From the human T2T-CHM13v2.0 reference genome, Homo sapiens: a stretch of DNA of 64,000 bases. Every line of letters begins with the position of its first letter. The stretch's first letter is position 1. Where the stretch lies: assembly GCF_009914755.1 (NCBI RefSeq), contig NC_060935.1; one strand, 5' to 3'. The position numbers and the translations under genes were made by a program. The notes below the pieces were generated by a model that was not told where the DNA came from, did no database searches, and saw only the letters and a list, made by a program, of their open reading frames with translations. Below are positions 15,254 through 30,881 of this stretch, piece by piece.

Positions 15254-15474
15254 GTTGGGTGCATAAAAGAACTAAAACACCATTTCAGAACTCATAACTG
15301 AAATGTAGAAAGGTACTCAAATTTTCTTCAATTTATTTTATATTAAATTATTACAATATCCCAAAGAATTATTTATCAAGCTGCTGGAGTTTAACCTAGC
15401 TTTGAGTATCTTTGGTATAAATGTATTGATCACCATTTTGTTTTCATGTTACTCTTTACTTTCCATTGTTTTAG

Positions 15475-15510
15475 GGTGACTGAACATGGGACACCAAAGC
15501 CCTTTCGAAA
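15475..15510 (+). CDS. ARHGEF12: 36-nt coding exon (~24), VTEHGTPKPFR
   Basis: ttttag|GGTG ... CGAAA|gtaagt; phase 2-2. Confidence 0.92.
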
Positions 15511-15833
15511 GTAAGTAAATCTTAAGCAGCTTTCAATAAAGGCGCATTTTAAGAAACGTAACCTTTTTTCCTCTAAAGTTTCATTTTAAAGGAAAAGAAA
15601 CCCTGTATACCAATCTGTTATGTAGTATAAAAGAAAGCTCTTAAGAAACACTGGTCATTCAAAAGCTGTATTTTGAAGTATGTATAAAACAGCCATTTGT
15701 AGGAGAGGATGAAATTTCAGTGCTAAGTCAGATTCAGGAATCTGATTAGAATTTATTGTAATATAAAGATTTGTGCTGTTTCTCATTGTCCACCTAAAGT
15801 CTTCAAATTGAATTCACTCTTTTTTCTTCATAG

Positions 15834-15988
15834 GTTTGACAGTGTAGCTTTTGGAGAAAGTCAAAGTGAGGATGAACAATTTGAAAATGACTTAGAGACA
15901 GATCCACCCAACTGGCAGCAGCTTGTTAGTCGAGAAGTGTTACTGGGACTAAAACCTTGTGAAATCAAAAGACAGGAAGTGATTAATG
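15834..15988 (+). CDS. ARHGEF12: coding exon (~25), FDSVAFGE...KRQEVIN (start of DH domain)
   Basis: tcatag|GTTT ... AATG|gtgagt. Confidence 0.96.
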
Positions 15989-16927
15989 GTGAGTGTAATC
16001 AATTTGTTGTTGTTGTTTACAAATACTGAGTTTTGTCAGAGTGAATTAAGTCTCTCAGCCTTGGAGTTTGCTTCAAAGTTTCTCCTAGCCTTTTGTTTTA
16101 AACAAAGAGGAAATTAAACTGGACAGATAATCCTTGAACTCAAGAAAATGCAAATGTTTCTCTGATTCTTATTGATAATTTAAAAGGAAAATGTGTTAAG
16201 CCTTAAAGATATTTAAGATTCATAGCATTATAGATCTTAAAGTTGAAAAGTCATTGCAACAACTAAGTTATTTTTATGCATAGATTTTAAATGAGGAAGG
16301 TAAAGCCCAGGGAGATTGAATTCGTTAAGATCATACAGCTAATAACGTGTAAGGAAAAAAATTCAGTTCCTGGTCTTTCTGTATCGAAGTGCAGTGTTCT
16401 TTATTTACCCTAGCATGTATGTGATAAATGTGTGGCATGGGTGCTGTACCCTTTACTATCCTTAGCATGTGATATGAATAAATATCTTGTCTCTGACAAT
16501 ACTGAGACATAATGAAATTATAAGCCTGACCCCAGAAGTGAGTGTTTATAGGCAAATTAGATAACCAAAAGTACTATTATTTCTTAAGAGGGCTCAAGTT
16601 AAAGGCTATATGATGTTGGGGCTTACAGTTTTCTTAATGATGTAGTTGTGATAGGTGGGTATTATTGTAAACAGCTGGATGTGTTTGGGAATACACTAAA
16701 AAAAATAGTTTTGAATGATATTTTTTATTTGTCAGTATTCAACTCTCAGAGCCAGTATGTAGGAAAATTTCTTGGAATCAGAATGACTTCAGAGATATTT
16801 CATCCTTTCTAAATGATAAATAATTTATTATATAATTCATTTGCTACTTCACTCCAGCTAAAGACTATGATTGATCCCATGGAATTGTTCTAAGTAAGGC
16901 AACATTTCATATCTCTTTCCTGTTCAG

Positions 16928-17074
16928 AATTGTTCTACACTGAAAGAGCTCATGTTCGAACACTGAAGGTTCTTGATCAAGTGTTCTATCAGCGAGTATC
17001 CAGAGAAGGAATTCTGTCACCCTCAGAGCTACGGAAAATTTTTTCAAACTTGGAAGATATTCTTCAACTTCATA
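16928..17074 (+). CDS. ARHGEF12: coding exon (~26), DH domain, ELFYTERAHV...ILQLH
   Basis: gttcag|AATT ... CATA|gtaaga. Confidence 0.96.
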
Positions 17075-17438
17075 GTAAGAGAAATTAGCTCTGATCTTTG
17101 CCCCTAACATTTCCAATAGAGAAAAGATTGTGAGTTTAAAATTTTGTAAATGTACCCATGTTAGTATTCCTGAGATTATGTGTGAGAATGTAAGATAAAT
17201 AAAGGAATGATTGGAACTTTGACTAGATCCTTTTCCTCACAATCAATCTTTCATGTACAATGTGTCAACATAGGGCTTCCAGTCTAAAGTCATTGCCTAA
17301 GGTGAAAAACATGAATAGTCAAATTCACCGTTGAAAATTTTCTATCAATTATAGTATATATATCTCTTTAAATATATATATCCAATATAATAATATACGT
17401 ATAAATGTGTTTTGTAAATAGTAGTGTATGGTATATAA

Positions 17439-17804
<366 letters not shown>

Positions 17805-18425
17805 TAAGTATATAAAAATTCTACCTTGTTGACATTTTATTGGTTGAAGTCATCTTGGACTTTTGTGGACAGTAATATGATGTTCCTCTCATTTATAGGT
17901 CACTATTTCTCTATGACCCTTAATTTTTTTATCTTTCTTTTTCATGTCATCACTAACTATCAACATCTGCTAACTAAATTGATGCCTTTTATTCCTTTGT
18001 GGATAATCTTGGGTTTCACAGGCATGCATTGACAAGTTCAGGCTTGATTACATCCATTGCCTGCACACTTAACACATTTTGAGAGGATCAGTGAACAGAA
18101 TTACTTGTACTGTTTAAATTCAAGTTCTTTTTGAGCATGATTATAGATGGAGTCTTGAGGTTCAATGAATATTTGATGCAACCACCGTGTATGTAATGTG
18201 CTAGTTTCCAAAAATGTTTTTTGTTTAGCACCTGTTTTTCAGATAGAGCTTATAATATCCAGATGTGTAAGCACTATGTCCAGATTTATATTTAAGGAGA
18301 TAAGAAGCAGCTGTACTACTGTGAAAATCGTCTTTATAAAAAAAAAAAATTAGCTACTCTGTACTACCAGTAATTCTGTCTACACTGAATGTGTTACTAA
18401 CGTTTTTCTATCTTTTTATCTTTAG

Positions 18426-18511
18426 TTGGATTGAATGAACAAATGAAGGCTGTTCGAAAGAGAAATGAGACCTCTGTTATCGATCAGATTGGGGAAGATT
18501 TGCTGACATGG
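18426..18511 (+). CDS. ARHGEF12: coding exon (~27), DH domain, IGLNEQMK...DLLTW
   Basis: tttag|TTGG ... CATGG|gtaagg. Confidence 0.96.
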
Positions 18512-18647
18512 GTAAGGAAATTTTCTGTTTCTTTTTAATATTTTTATGGACACTTGATGGTTAGATTCAAGTTGAGTAACTAACCTTTCCAAATATGCAA
18601 ACTCATCCATGTTGCAAAGTTAATGCAAAGCTGAGAAAGGTCAAGCA

Positions 18648-20352
18648 GTAGATTCCATTTCAAGAAACCACCTGTTTTGCTCATCTGTAAGAAGCAGACC
18701 CTTATCCATTAAAAGTCATACCATGAGATTGCAGTGATTCAGTCACACCTTCAGGCTCCACTGTAATCCTAGTTTTTTTGCAGTTACCTCTTCCACTGAA
18801 GTCTTGAACCCCTCGAAGTCACCTATGAGGGTTGGAATCAACTTCCAAACTCCTGTTAATATTGATATTTTGACCTCCTCCTGTGAATTATGAATGTTCT
18901 TAATGGCATCTAGAATAATGAATCCTTTTCAGAAGGTATTCAGTTTGCTTTGCCCAGACCAATCAGAGGAATCACCTTATGAAATATATTTCTTAAATAA
19001 TAAGACTTGAAAGTGAAAATTACTCCTTGGTCCATGAGCTGCAGAATGGATATTGTGTTAGCAGGCCTGCAAACAACATTGATCTCCTTGTACATCTCCA
19101 TCAGAAGTCTTTAAGTGACCATGTGCATTGTCAATGGGCAGTAATATTTTAAAAGTAACTTTTTTTTTTTCTGAGCAGTAGGTCTTAACAGACATGCTGT
19201 CATCTAGGCTTTGTTGTTTCATTTATAGAGCACAGACAGAGTAGATTTAGCATTATTCTTAAGGGTCCCAGGAATTTCAGAATGGTAAACAATCATTGGC
19301 TTCAACTTAAAGTCATTGGCCCCTAACAAGAGAGCTGGCCTTTCTTTTGACATGCTGAAGTCAGACATTGATTTCTCCTCTCTAGCTATGAAAGTTCTAG
19401 ATGGCATCTTCTTCCAATAGAAGGCTATTTCATCTACATTGAATATCTGTTGTTCAGTGTAGCCACTGTAATCAATTATCTCAGGTACGTCTTCTGGATA
19501 ACTTACTATAGCTTCTACTGCTATATCAGCACTTGCTGCATCACTTTGTACTTTTATTTTTATGGAGATGACTTCTTTTCTTAAATCTCATCAGTTTACC
19601 CCTGCTACCTTCAAACTCTTCGTCTGCAGCTTCCTTACCTCTCAGCCTTCATAGAATTGAAGAGAATTAGGGGCTTGCTTTGTATTAGGCTTTGGCTTAA
19701 GGGAATATTGTGGCTGATTTCATCTTCTTTATACAGACTAATAGGCTGTTTCACTTTCCTCTTGTTCATTTGTTCATTGGAGTAGCACTTTTATTTCCTT
19801 CAAGAATTTTTTCTTTGTGTTCACAAGTTGGCCATTTGGCGTAAGAGCCAAATCTCAGCTTTTGACATGCCTTCCTTACTAAACTTAATCATTTCTAGCT
19901 TTTAATTTCAAGTGAGAGATATGTGACTCCTCACTTGAACCCCTAAAGACCATTGCAGCATTGTTAATTGGCCCAAATTCAATATTGTTGTGTCTCAGAA
20001 TAAGGAGGCCCAAGGAAAGGGAAGAGAGTTGGGGGAATGGTCAGTTGGTGGGGCGGTCAGAACACACACAACATTTTTCCATTAGGTTTGCCACCATATG
20101 TGGGTGCAGTTCATGGTGCCCCAAAGCAATAAATAGTAACATCAAAGATCACTGATGACAGATCACCGTAACAGAGTAAAATGAAACAGCTTAAACTATT
20201 ATGAGAACTACCAAAATGTGGCACAGAGACATGACATGAGCACATGGTTTTGGAAAAACGGCACCAACAGACTTGCTCAGGGTTGCCATCAACCTTCAAT
20301 TTGTAAAAAATGGAGTATCTGCAAAGTACAATAAAAATGTGAGGTATGCCTG
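18648..20352 (-). mobile_element. Tigger1 DNA transposon, 3'-truncated, degraded transposase
   Basis: terminus gaggtatgcctg+ta; ORF 19219-19407 [14 protein letters not shown]...FKLKPM.YHSE.P..LKN.AKSTL.VLYK is Tigger1 transposase-like. Confidence 0.9.
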
Positions 20353-20553
20353 TACCTGTAAAAAGTTGAGGAAAAGCAGAATGGTGGTTTGTAACTGTCA
20401 CATACAAAGCGTTAATTTAGAAGAAGGCATTGGCCAGAAATCATAAAAGCAAAAATCATAAATAGGCCTTTAGATTTTACTCTTGCTGTTTAAATAAAAT
20501 CATTTTGGAAAGTATTTTTCCAGTATTGTTTCCTTAAGATCACTTTACATACA

Positions 20554-20968
20554 CAGACAATCCTTGACTTACTATGGTTCCAACTTCGACAGTTTTTTTA
20601 CTTTACAGTGGTGGGAAAGTAATACACATTCAATAGAAACCATACTTTGAATTTTGAATTTTAATCTTTTCCGGAGCTTGGCAATATGTGGTATGTTACT
20701 CTTGATGCTGGGCAGCAACAGTGAGCCACAGCTCCTGGTCAGCCATGTGATCACAGGGTAAACAACCACTCTACAGTGTACTGTACTGCTAGATGATTTT
20801 GCCCAGCTGTAGGCTAATGCAAGTGTTCTGAGCACATTTAAGGTCAGCTAGGCCAAGCTATGGTATTTGGTAGGTTCAGTGTATTAAATGCTTTCTCAAC
20901 TTAAGATATTTTCAATTTTTGATGGTTTTATTAGGATATAAGTTCATCAGAAATCAAGGAACATCTAT
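20554..20968 (-). mobile_element. MER47/Tigger5-family MITE
   Basis: gatgattttgcccagctgtaggctaatgcaagtgttctgagcac core; caga... termini. Confidence 0.8.
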
Positions 20969-20990
20969 ACTTAAACTGCTTGTAAAACTA

Positions 20991-21483
<493 letters not shown>

Positions 21484-22043
21484 CTATTAAAATATTGCTT
21501 TGTATGTGTCCTACTTGAAAAAATACTCTGAATTTATCTACAAATGCGCTACAGGCGGGCTTTTTACAAAATGCCTTTATGTACAAACTTTTGGGAATAT
21601 GGCTTTAAATGGAAGATTATATGGAAAACATCTTCGTAAACCATAAAGCAATTATCTACAAGTATAGAGGCTGTATTAAAAAACAATGTATTTGACTTCT
21701 ACGAGCACCTACTAGTAAATCACTTTTTAGGTGTTTAACCATCAGAAATCTTAAAATCATGGCACATGCAAACTTAAATTTACAAATTAAAAAACATTAG
21801 TGAGAAGTATAATTTTTAGCAAAAGAATTCATAAGCTCATTGATCTCCCCCAAGCCAGCTCCAGCTGCTGCACAGGTGAAACAGCAGTGATTTAATTTTG
21901 TTTCAACACAGAAAACTTACGGCCTGCCCATGGTCATAGTGGGTTTTATACTGAGTAAGAAGGAATGCTAGTATGCCAAGGATTTGCTTCCCAGAGTAGT
22001 AAGACAGTAGTTGTTGTAAAGGCTTCAGGGTGTAAGAAAATTA

Positions 22044-22382
<339 letters not shown>

Positions 22383-22478
22383 TTATATTCTCCAAATGTC
22401 AGCTTGTCTGTGTAATTTATAAGTAACGTAGGCTGAAAGGTAATAGGTTGTGATAGGCTACAAGCAAGAAAACATTGG

Positions 22479-22785
22479 GACTGGGCACAGTGGCTCACGC
22501 CTGTAATCCCAGCACTTTGGGGACACCAAGGTGGGCAGATCACCTGAGGTCAGGAGTTTGAGAACAGCCTGGCCAACATGGTGAAACCCCATCTCTACTA
22601 AAAATACAAAAATTAGCTGGGTGTGGTGGTGTGTGCCTGTAGTCCCAGTTACTTGGGAGGCAGAGGTGAGAATCTCATGAACCTCAGAGGCAGAAGTTGC
22701 AGTGAGCCAAGATCATGCCATTGTACTCCAGCCTGGGCGACAGAGCAACACTGTCTCAAAAAAAAGAAAAAAAAAAGAAGAAGAA
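22479..22785 (+). mobile_element. AluS
   Basis: TSD aagaaaacattgg. Confidence 0.95.
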
Positions 22786-22990
22786 AACATTGGAATATGA
22801 TCAGAAAAGGTCTGGTTGTGTCAAGATCAGACCTTTTTAATGGAGAACCATTGATATTCCACATAGATATGCAGTTCTGTGTATTTTGTCACTTGAAATA
22901 TTGAAAGGATTCTGGTTGTCTGTCACTTTGTCTGGCTTGTATAAGCTCAGTTTCCCATTCTCTTTTGTGTTCTTTGCATTCTTGGCACAG

Positions 22991-23116
22991 TTCAGCGGAC
23001 CAGGAGAGGAGAAATTGAAACATGCTGCTGCTACCTTTTGCAGTAACCAACCTTTCGCCCTGGAAATGATCAAATCTCGTCAGAAAAAGGATTCTCGATT
23101 TCAGACTTTTGTGCAA
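22991..23116 (+). CDS. ARHGEF12: coding exon (~28), DH domain, FSGPGEEK...FQTFVQ
   Basis: gcacag|TTC ... GCAA|gtgagt; phase 0-0. Confidence 0.96.
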
Positions 23117-23197
23117 GTGAGTTGAGTGAGTCATGTAAGAAAAAAAATAAGGCAAGTTTTTATCAATTATCAGATAAACTGGGGGAATTCTGACTAA

Positions 23198-23516
<319 letters not shown>

Positions 23517-23769
23517 CACGTTAACATTTTTAAAAGCAATACATTATCTCTTAAATTCCTGGAAGGTACAAAAATGACTTTGGAATGGTGAAGAATAATA
23601 AAAAATATATGTCAGGATTAAAATACTTAATATAGAAATCCACATTGCCACGAGGCTTTTATCAGTAAACAACCGTATGCTCTATTAAGAGAATATTGTC
23701 AAAGCATGAGAATGGGTTTATCCAGGGAAAAACGTAACAGCAGCCACACTCATTGGGGTATATGAATTA

Positions 23770-24523
23770 AGGGTTGGTAAACTATGGCCGACAGACCATA
23801 TCTAGTCTGTTACCTGTTTTTATAAAGTTTTATGTAAATACAAACATGGCCGCTTGACAGATTTCTCACAGTTGTTGTGGTGTGTGGGTATGGTTTAGCA
23901 GGTTCCTCCCTTGAGAGTTTGACCAGGCTGAGATCACAGCGTCAGCGGGAGCTGCAGTTTTCATCTGATGCTCGAGGTTCTCTTCTAAGCTCACTGGTTG
24001 TTAGCAGAGTTCATTTCTTTGTAAATGTATAACTGAGGTCCTACCTTGCTAGCTATTGGCTAGGAACCAGTTTCAACTCCTAGAGAACAGAGAGATCTCT
24101 GCCATATGGCCCCATTAGGCAGTTTAGAGGTGGATGTTTGCTTTCTTCCAGGCCAGTAGGAATGTGGCTTTCTGACACAGATTTGTTTTAAAGGCTCCTC
24201 TAATGAAATCAGGCCCAGCCAGGATAATTTCCTTTCTTATGATCTCAAAATCATGTGGTGGCAACCTAATCATAGGTGTGATATCCCATTGTAATCACAG
24301 ATTCCAAAAATGTTCATACTCAAGGGCATAGGATTACACAGAGTATTTACACAAGAGGATGGGAACCTTGGAGGCCATATTAGAGTTCTTTACTACACAG
24401 AGCCTTGTTCATTCACTTATGCCAAAACAGTAGAGCTGAATAGTTGTGAGAGAGACTATATGGCCTGCAAAGCCTAAAATATTTACTATCTGGCATTTTA
24501 CTAAAAACTTTGCAGACCACTGG
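23770..24523. mobile_element. MER58A (hAT-Charlie) split by an MLT1 LTR (~23850-24400)
   Basis: agggttggtaaactatggcc ... tggcctgcaaagcctaaaatatttactatctgg; MLT1 end ccatattagagttctttactaca. Confidence 0.75.
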
Positions 24524-24947
24524 TATAGATGAGCTGGCATACTCGACTGGTTATCCATTGTGCATACTTGGAATGGCAGATAACAAATTAGCTAACCAAT
24601 TTTGGTAGGAATGTCAATCATAGGAGAATGGACCTAGATTTTCTGAATAGGTGAAGATAAAACTGTTTCAACACAAGGAAGCGATACGTAGAGCTGCTTA
24701 TGGATGCTTTCAGTCCTTCCTTAAACAGATAACAAGCCATTCATTTAGTAATAGAGGCTCCCTTCCCCCATTATGTGATTAAAGGAGAAAGCAGAAGTAT
24801 ATTGTGGCAATGATATATCTTGGCATTTTTTAAAGATCTTGATTTAATAACCAGAACTGTGATGCATTAAACCCTCACGGTGAATACATGGTACATGTAT
24901 AAGTTCAAATAAGAATTACAGATTCACTTATTTCACTTTAATTTTAG

Positions 24948-25062
24948 GATGCTGAAAGTAATCCACTGTGTCGTCGTCTTCAACTGAAGGATATTATTCC
25001 CACTCAAATGCAAAGGCTTACTAAGTACCCACTTCTGTTGGATAATATTGCCAAATACACAG
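24948..25062 (+). CDS. ARHGEF12: coding exon (~29), DH domain, DAESNPLCRRLQLKDIIPTQMQRLTKYPLLL
   Basis: ttttag|GAT ... ACAG|gtacag; DH signature QRLTKYPLLL. Confidence 0.97.
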
Positions 25063-25172
25063 GTACAGCATTTTCACTGAAATAAAAAGCTTAAGAACAA
25101 CAACAACGAAACACCCAATATCCTGTAAATAATATCTTACAGCGTCCTGAATGGAGTTGGATTTCCAAATAG

Positions 25173-25507
<335 letters not shown>

Positions 25508-25564
25508 TGATCTAGTCTTCTTCGGGCTGTTTGATATAATGTACTCCATTAGTAGCTTTAGTAC

Positions 25565-25755
25565 GGGGTATATCAAACTATGAATCATAGACCAAGTCAT
25601 GCTCACTGTCTGTTTTTGTAAATAAAGTTTTATTGGAGCACAGCCGTGCTCGTCTGTTTATGTACTGTCCCTGATTGCTTTTACATTATAACAGCAGAGT
25701 CGAGTAGTTTTATCGGTGCCCATTTGGCCTACAAAGTGTAAAATTATCTGGTTCA
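25565..25755 (+). mobile_element. MER58A
   Basis: ctgtttttgtaaataaagttttattggagcacagcc core. Confidence 0.8.
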
Positions 25756-26139
25756 ACCATCCTTGTTCTAGCCTGCATCATTTTTGCTTTGAAGAAGGTT
25801 CATCCTTGGCTGAAGAGATGTTTCATGGATATCTATCAATGACTTTTATTAAGCCAAATCAATGCGGTGTAATTCCAACTCTCCCGTTTTGAAACATGAA
25901 ATGAATCTGTTTCTCAGCTGAGCTTTAGGTTCTTATACTTAGCTCTCATTAATAATTTAATGCAACTGAAATCTTGTTTCTTGTGCCTGAGAATTTGAAT
26001 GCATAAGCAGGAAATTTTAAATTATGGTACCTGGTAACAAAAGTGGTTTACACTCATACATATTAATTTTTACACTTTAATATATCTGCTCAGTGTAGTT
26101 AGACTGTGGTTTGGAGGATTATAATTTTGAATGTTCTGA

Positions 26140-26538
<399 letters not shown>

Positions 26539-27041
26539 TAATGTAATCTATTTTCTTTCTTTAAATATAATCTCAAATTCAAAGAAACTTGTTTTGGAAT
26601 TATTTTGAATTGTGTTATTAAAAAATTTTGTTTAACAAGTTCACTGGACATAATTATGTAGGCTATGCACTGTGAAATTCTGAGGGGAGAAGGGATTTCC
26701 ATTTATATTATTTACAAAGTAAATGAGACCTGCCCTTCTGGAGTGTATAGTATAGTGGTCCTGGTACTTCACGTAAAGCATCTCTTCTTGGATTTCGGGT
26801 TCTGTACTGTGATTTCTTTTTAAAGATTAGAATTTATGTTTTAAAGTCCTGTTATAAGAAGTTTTACCTGTCCAAAGACTGCTTGAATTGAGACTCTGAC
26901 AGAGGCTTTAAGCTGGTACAAAAATCTTCAAGGTCTTAATATGCTCTTAAAAGTATTGAAATGAAATGAAATCTCATTTACATATATTTTATGGTTTTTT
27001 GCTCAGTTCTTTTACATTTTGGATTTCTTTCCCATATTTAG

Positions 27042-27142
27042 AATGGCCAACAGAAAGGGAGAAGGTGAAGAAAGCTGCAGATCACTGTCGTCAGATCTTA
27101 AATTATGTAAATCAGGCTGTCAAGGAGGCAGAAAACAAGCAG
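27042..27142 (+). CDS. ARHGEF12: coding exon (~30), end of DH, EWPTEREK...EAENKQ
   Basis: atttag|AATGG ... AAGCAG|gtaaaa. Confidence 0.95.
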
Positions 27143-27359
27143 GTAAAAAAGGAAAACAAGAAGGTACAGGATGACATTGGGAGAACATTAAATTAATATT
27201 ACCTGGAATCTGTGAAATAGTTGTTAAAACTATCATTACCTAATGGACAGGGAGAACATTTGTTTACTGTTCGCATAGTAGGCAGGTCAAGATCAATCTG
27301 TGATAGAATATCGGAGTTGTATTTGACTTTTTGAAACACCTCAAGCTGCTTGTTTGCTC

Positions 27360-28390
27360 TTTCATTTATCTCTTCATTCAGCAGATATTTATAGAACATC
27401 TACTGTATGCTGGGCATAGGGTACAGAGTAGTTGAGAAAATGAGTGCAATATCTGCCCACACTGAGCTTGTTTGCTAGGAGGATAGAAAGGCATTTAACA
27501 GGATTATAGTGCAAATATTTTGTATCAGTTGTGATAGCTACTATCAAGGATAATTTCAAGATGCTACGATATATAACTATGGGGCCTAGCTTAGTTTGGG
27601 GATGTTAGGTGGTGCCTATTAGAGAAAATTTTCTTGAGGAATTGACACTTGAGCCAAGCTCTGAAGGATGAGTGGAAGTGAACCAAAATGATGTGAAGGG
27701 TGCAACCCTAGAGGTAGAGGCAATATATACCAAAGTCCTGACGGAAAAAGAAAGCATGGTCTGTTGGAAGAATTGAAAATTTACATGAGTGTGGATCATG
27801 CCTAAAAAGCAAAGTCAGAGTGGCATAAAATGAGGTAAAGTAGACCAAGGCCAACTCATAAAGGCCCTAGAGATCAGGTTAAAGATTTTGATTTGTCTTC
27901 TTAAGTGCAGTAGGAATTCAGCATAGACAAGTAAGAATATAGTGTTCAGATTTTCATTATCTGAACTAGTACTCTATGGAGAATGAGTTGAAGAAGGGTG
28001 GTGGATGAAAGAGCCCATTTATTAACCTCTTGCAGCAATCTAGGATAGATGATGGCAGCTTAGAGAAGTTGGAGAAGTATTTAGAAGGTAAAATTGACAG
28101 GACTTGATGACTGATTTGAAGAAGGATTTGAAGGAAAAGTGATGTCAAGAATAAACCCCCAGGTTTCTGGATTGCATATTTGGATGGACAGGATGAGTGG
28201 AGAAGCCCCACGTTTGTGGGGAAGATGATGAGGTCACTCTGGGATATCAGGTAGACATGCACAGTAAGCAGTTGGCTGTATGGGCCCACCTCTAAGAGGA
28301 CCATGTTGAAGATAAAAATTCAAGATTGTGAGCATACAGGGGCTGATTGAATCCGTGAACACGGATGTAGTTTCTTAGGAGCTGAGTATG
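27360..28390 (-). mobile_element. L2 (continues ~30270-30780 after the L1 block)
   Basis: ttcattcagcagatatttatagaacatctactgtatgctgggca L2 3' end. Confidence 0.75.
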
Positions 28391-28399
28391 ATTACAACT

Positions 28400-30260
28400 C
28401 TCTTGGTGAGGCTGTAGAAAAACTAGTACTTTCAGCTGTGCTGTTCAGAGTGTAAAATGATAAAACCCCAGAGGGTTATGTAGCAATATTTATCTAAATT
28501 AAAACTCTGTAGGTACCCTTATATCTACCTTTTGACTCCGCAGTTCTGTTCCTAGTGATTTGCTCAAGAGAAATGAACCATATTAGAGTTCTTTACTACA
28601 CAGAGCCTGTTCATTTATGTATTATCTGTGGCTACTTTTGTTCCAAAACAGTGGAGCTGAACAACTGGGAGAGAGATTATATGGCCTGCAAAGCCTAACT
28701 GACATTTTACTAAAAACCTTGCAGACCCCTGGTATAGATGAGCTGGCATACTCAGGCTGGTTATCCATTGTGCCTGCCGGGAATGGCACATAACAAATTA
28801 ACTAACTAACTTTAGTAGGAACACCAATCATAAGCAAATGGACCTAGATTTTCTGAATAATAAAATATATCTTTATCTGAAGATAAAGATATACCCACAA
28901 ACAGACTTAGACCAGAATGCTTATAGCAACTTTATTCATAATAGCGAAAAGCTAGAAACAGCCCAAGAATTTATCAACAGAATGGATAAACCAACTGTGG
29001 TATAGTTATAAAATAGAATGCCCTGAGTGATAGGAAAGGAATGTACCACTAAGGCACACAACATGGATGAATCTCACAAACATGCTGAGTGGAAAAAAAA
29101 CAGATGCAAAAGAGTACATACCTATGATTCCATTTATATGAACTTCTAAGAGAGACCAAACTATTCTATGGTAGGAAAAACCAGAAAACTGGTTCCCATT
29201 GGGGATGAGGAGGTAGAAATTAACTGGGAAGAAGTATGAGGAAACTTTCTGGGGTGATGGTAAAATTTTCTATCATGATAGAAGTTTAGGTTACACAAAT
29301 GTGTAAGCACTTGTCAAAATTCATGGAACATACACTTGAAATGTGTGTTCTACTGTATGCAAATTTTACTTTTTTAAAAAGAACTGTATGGATGTTTAAA
29401 TGTTTAGAGGTAAAGTGTACTTATGTCTGTAATTTATTTTGAAATGCATCCAAAAAATAAGATGGACTGATGGATAGAGGGATGAATAAATAGATATATG
29501 ATAAAACAAATAGAGCAAATGTTAATTGTAGAATATAGATGGTAATATATAGGTGTTCACTATGCTCACTCAGACTTTTCCATGTATTTGGAAATGATAT
29601 TGTGGGGGAATGTACATACCCTTTGATCCAACAGTTCTGGAAATTTATCCTACAGATATCCTACATGGATGTACAAAGACATATATTTAAGTCCACTTTA
29701 TTACAGTATTGTTTGTTACAGAAGAGTTGAAGTAACTTAAATGCCCATCAGTAAGGCGTAATGAAATAAATTATAGTTTATTCAGAGAGTTTTACATCCT
29801 GTAGTCATTTATAAAAAAATGAAATAACTCTCTATATGTGCTAATGTGGAACAGTCCCCAAGATATAAGTCATACACCACACACACACACACGTGGGGGA
29901 ATACGTATATGAATGTATTCTACCATTTCAATGAGGAATACATATAGGAATACCAAAGGAATGCATATATGAATATATTATGCTACCATATCTTGTTTTA
30001 AAAAAGGACATATACACACAACATGCACAAAGACAAGCATACTTATATATACATATATAAATAAATACATATCTGTTTGCATAGAATTTTTCTCAAAGGC
30101 TACCCAAGAAATGGATATTAGTGATTGCTTCTTTAGGGAAAATTGAGGGGGGTGGGGCAATAGGACAAGGTTAGAGGGAGACTTTTTATTTTTTGCCTTA
30201 TATAGCCATCTGAATTTTGTACTGTGTGCATGATTTACATATTCAGAAAATAAATATAAG
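28400..30260 (+). mobile_element. old L1M (ME-like) 3' fragments, nested
   Basis: ctttattcataatagc, aatggataaaccaactgtggtat, catggatgaatctcacaaacatgctgagtg are L1 3' motifs. Confidence 0.8.
28578..28887 (+). repeat. dispersed direct duplicate of 24375-24660
   Basis: long shared blocks e.g. ccatattagagttctttactacacagagcct, tggtatagatgagctggcatactc, aatggacctagattttctgaata. Confidence 0.92.
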
Positions 30261-30330
30261 CTAATAAGAGACCAATGACTTTGAAAAGAAGATTGAGAAA
30301 GAAAAGCCAAAGAGGCAGGAGGAAAACTAG

Positions 30331-30708
<378 letters not shown>

Positions 30709-30803
30709 AAAATGGAGATTTTAAATGCCAAGTTTGATTCAGAAATAGAGAGGTCATTAATGACCAAAGCACTAACCTTGGTTCCACCCTGCCTAATTTT
30801 CAG

Positions 30804-30881
30804 CGCCTAGAAGATTATCAGCGTCGCCTTGATACCTCCAGCCTGAAGTTGTCAGAGTACCCAAATGTTGAAGAGCTCAGG
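30804..30881 (+). CDS. ARHGEF12: coding exon (~31), DH-PH linker, RLEDYQRRLD...EELR
   Basis: tttcag|CGC ... CTCAGG|gtgaga. Confidence 0.95.

Noticed and set aside
19219-19407. Transposase-like ORF as a domesticated gene
   Set aside because: Short fragment of a truncated, frameshifted Tigger1 copy
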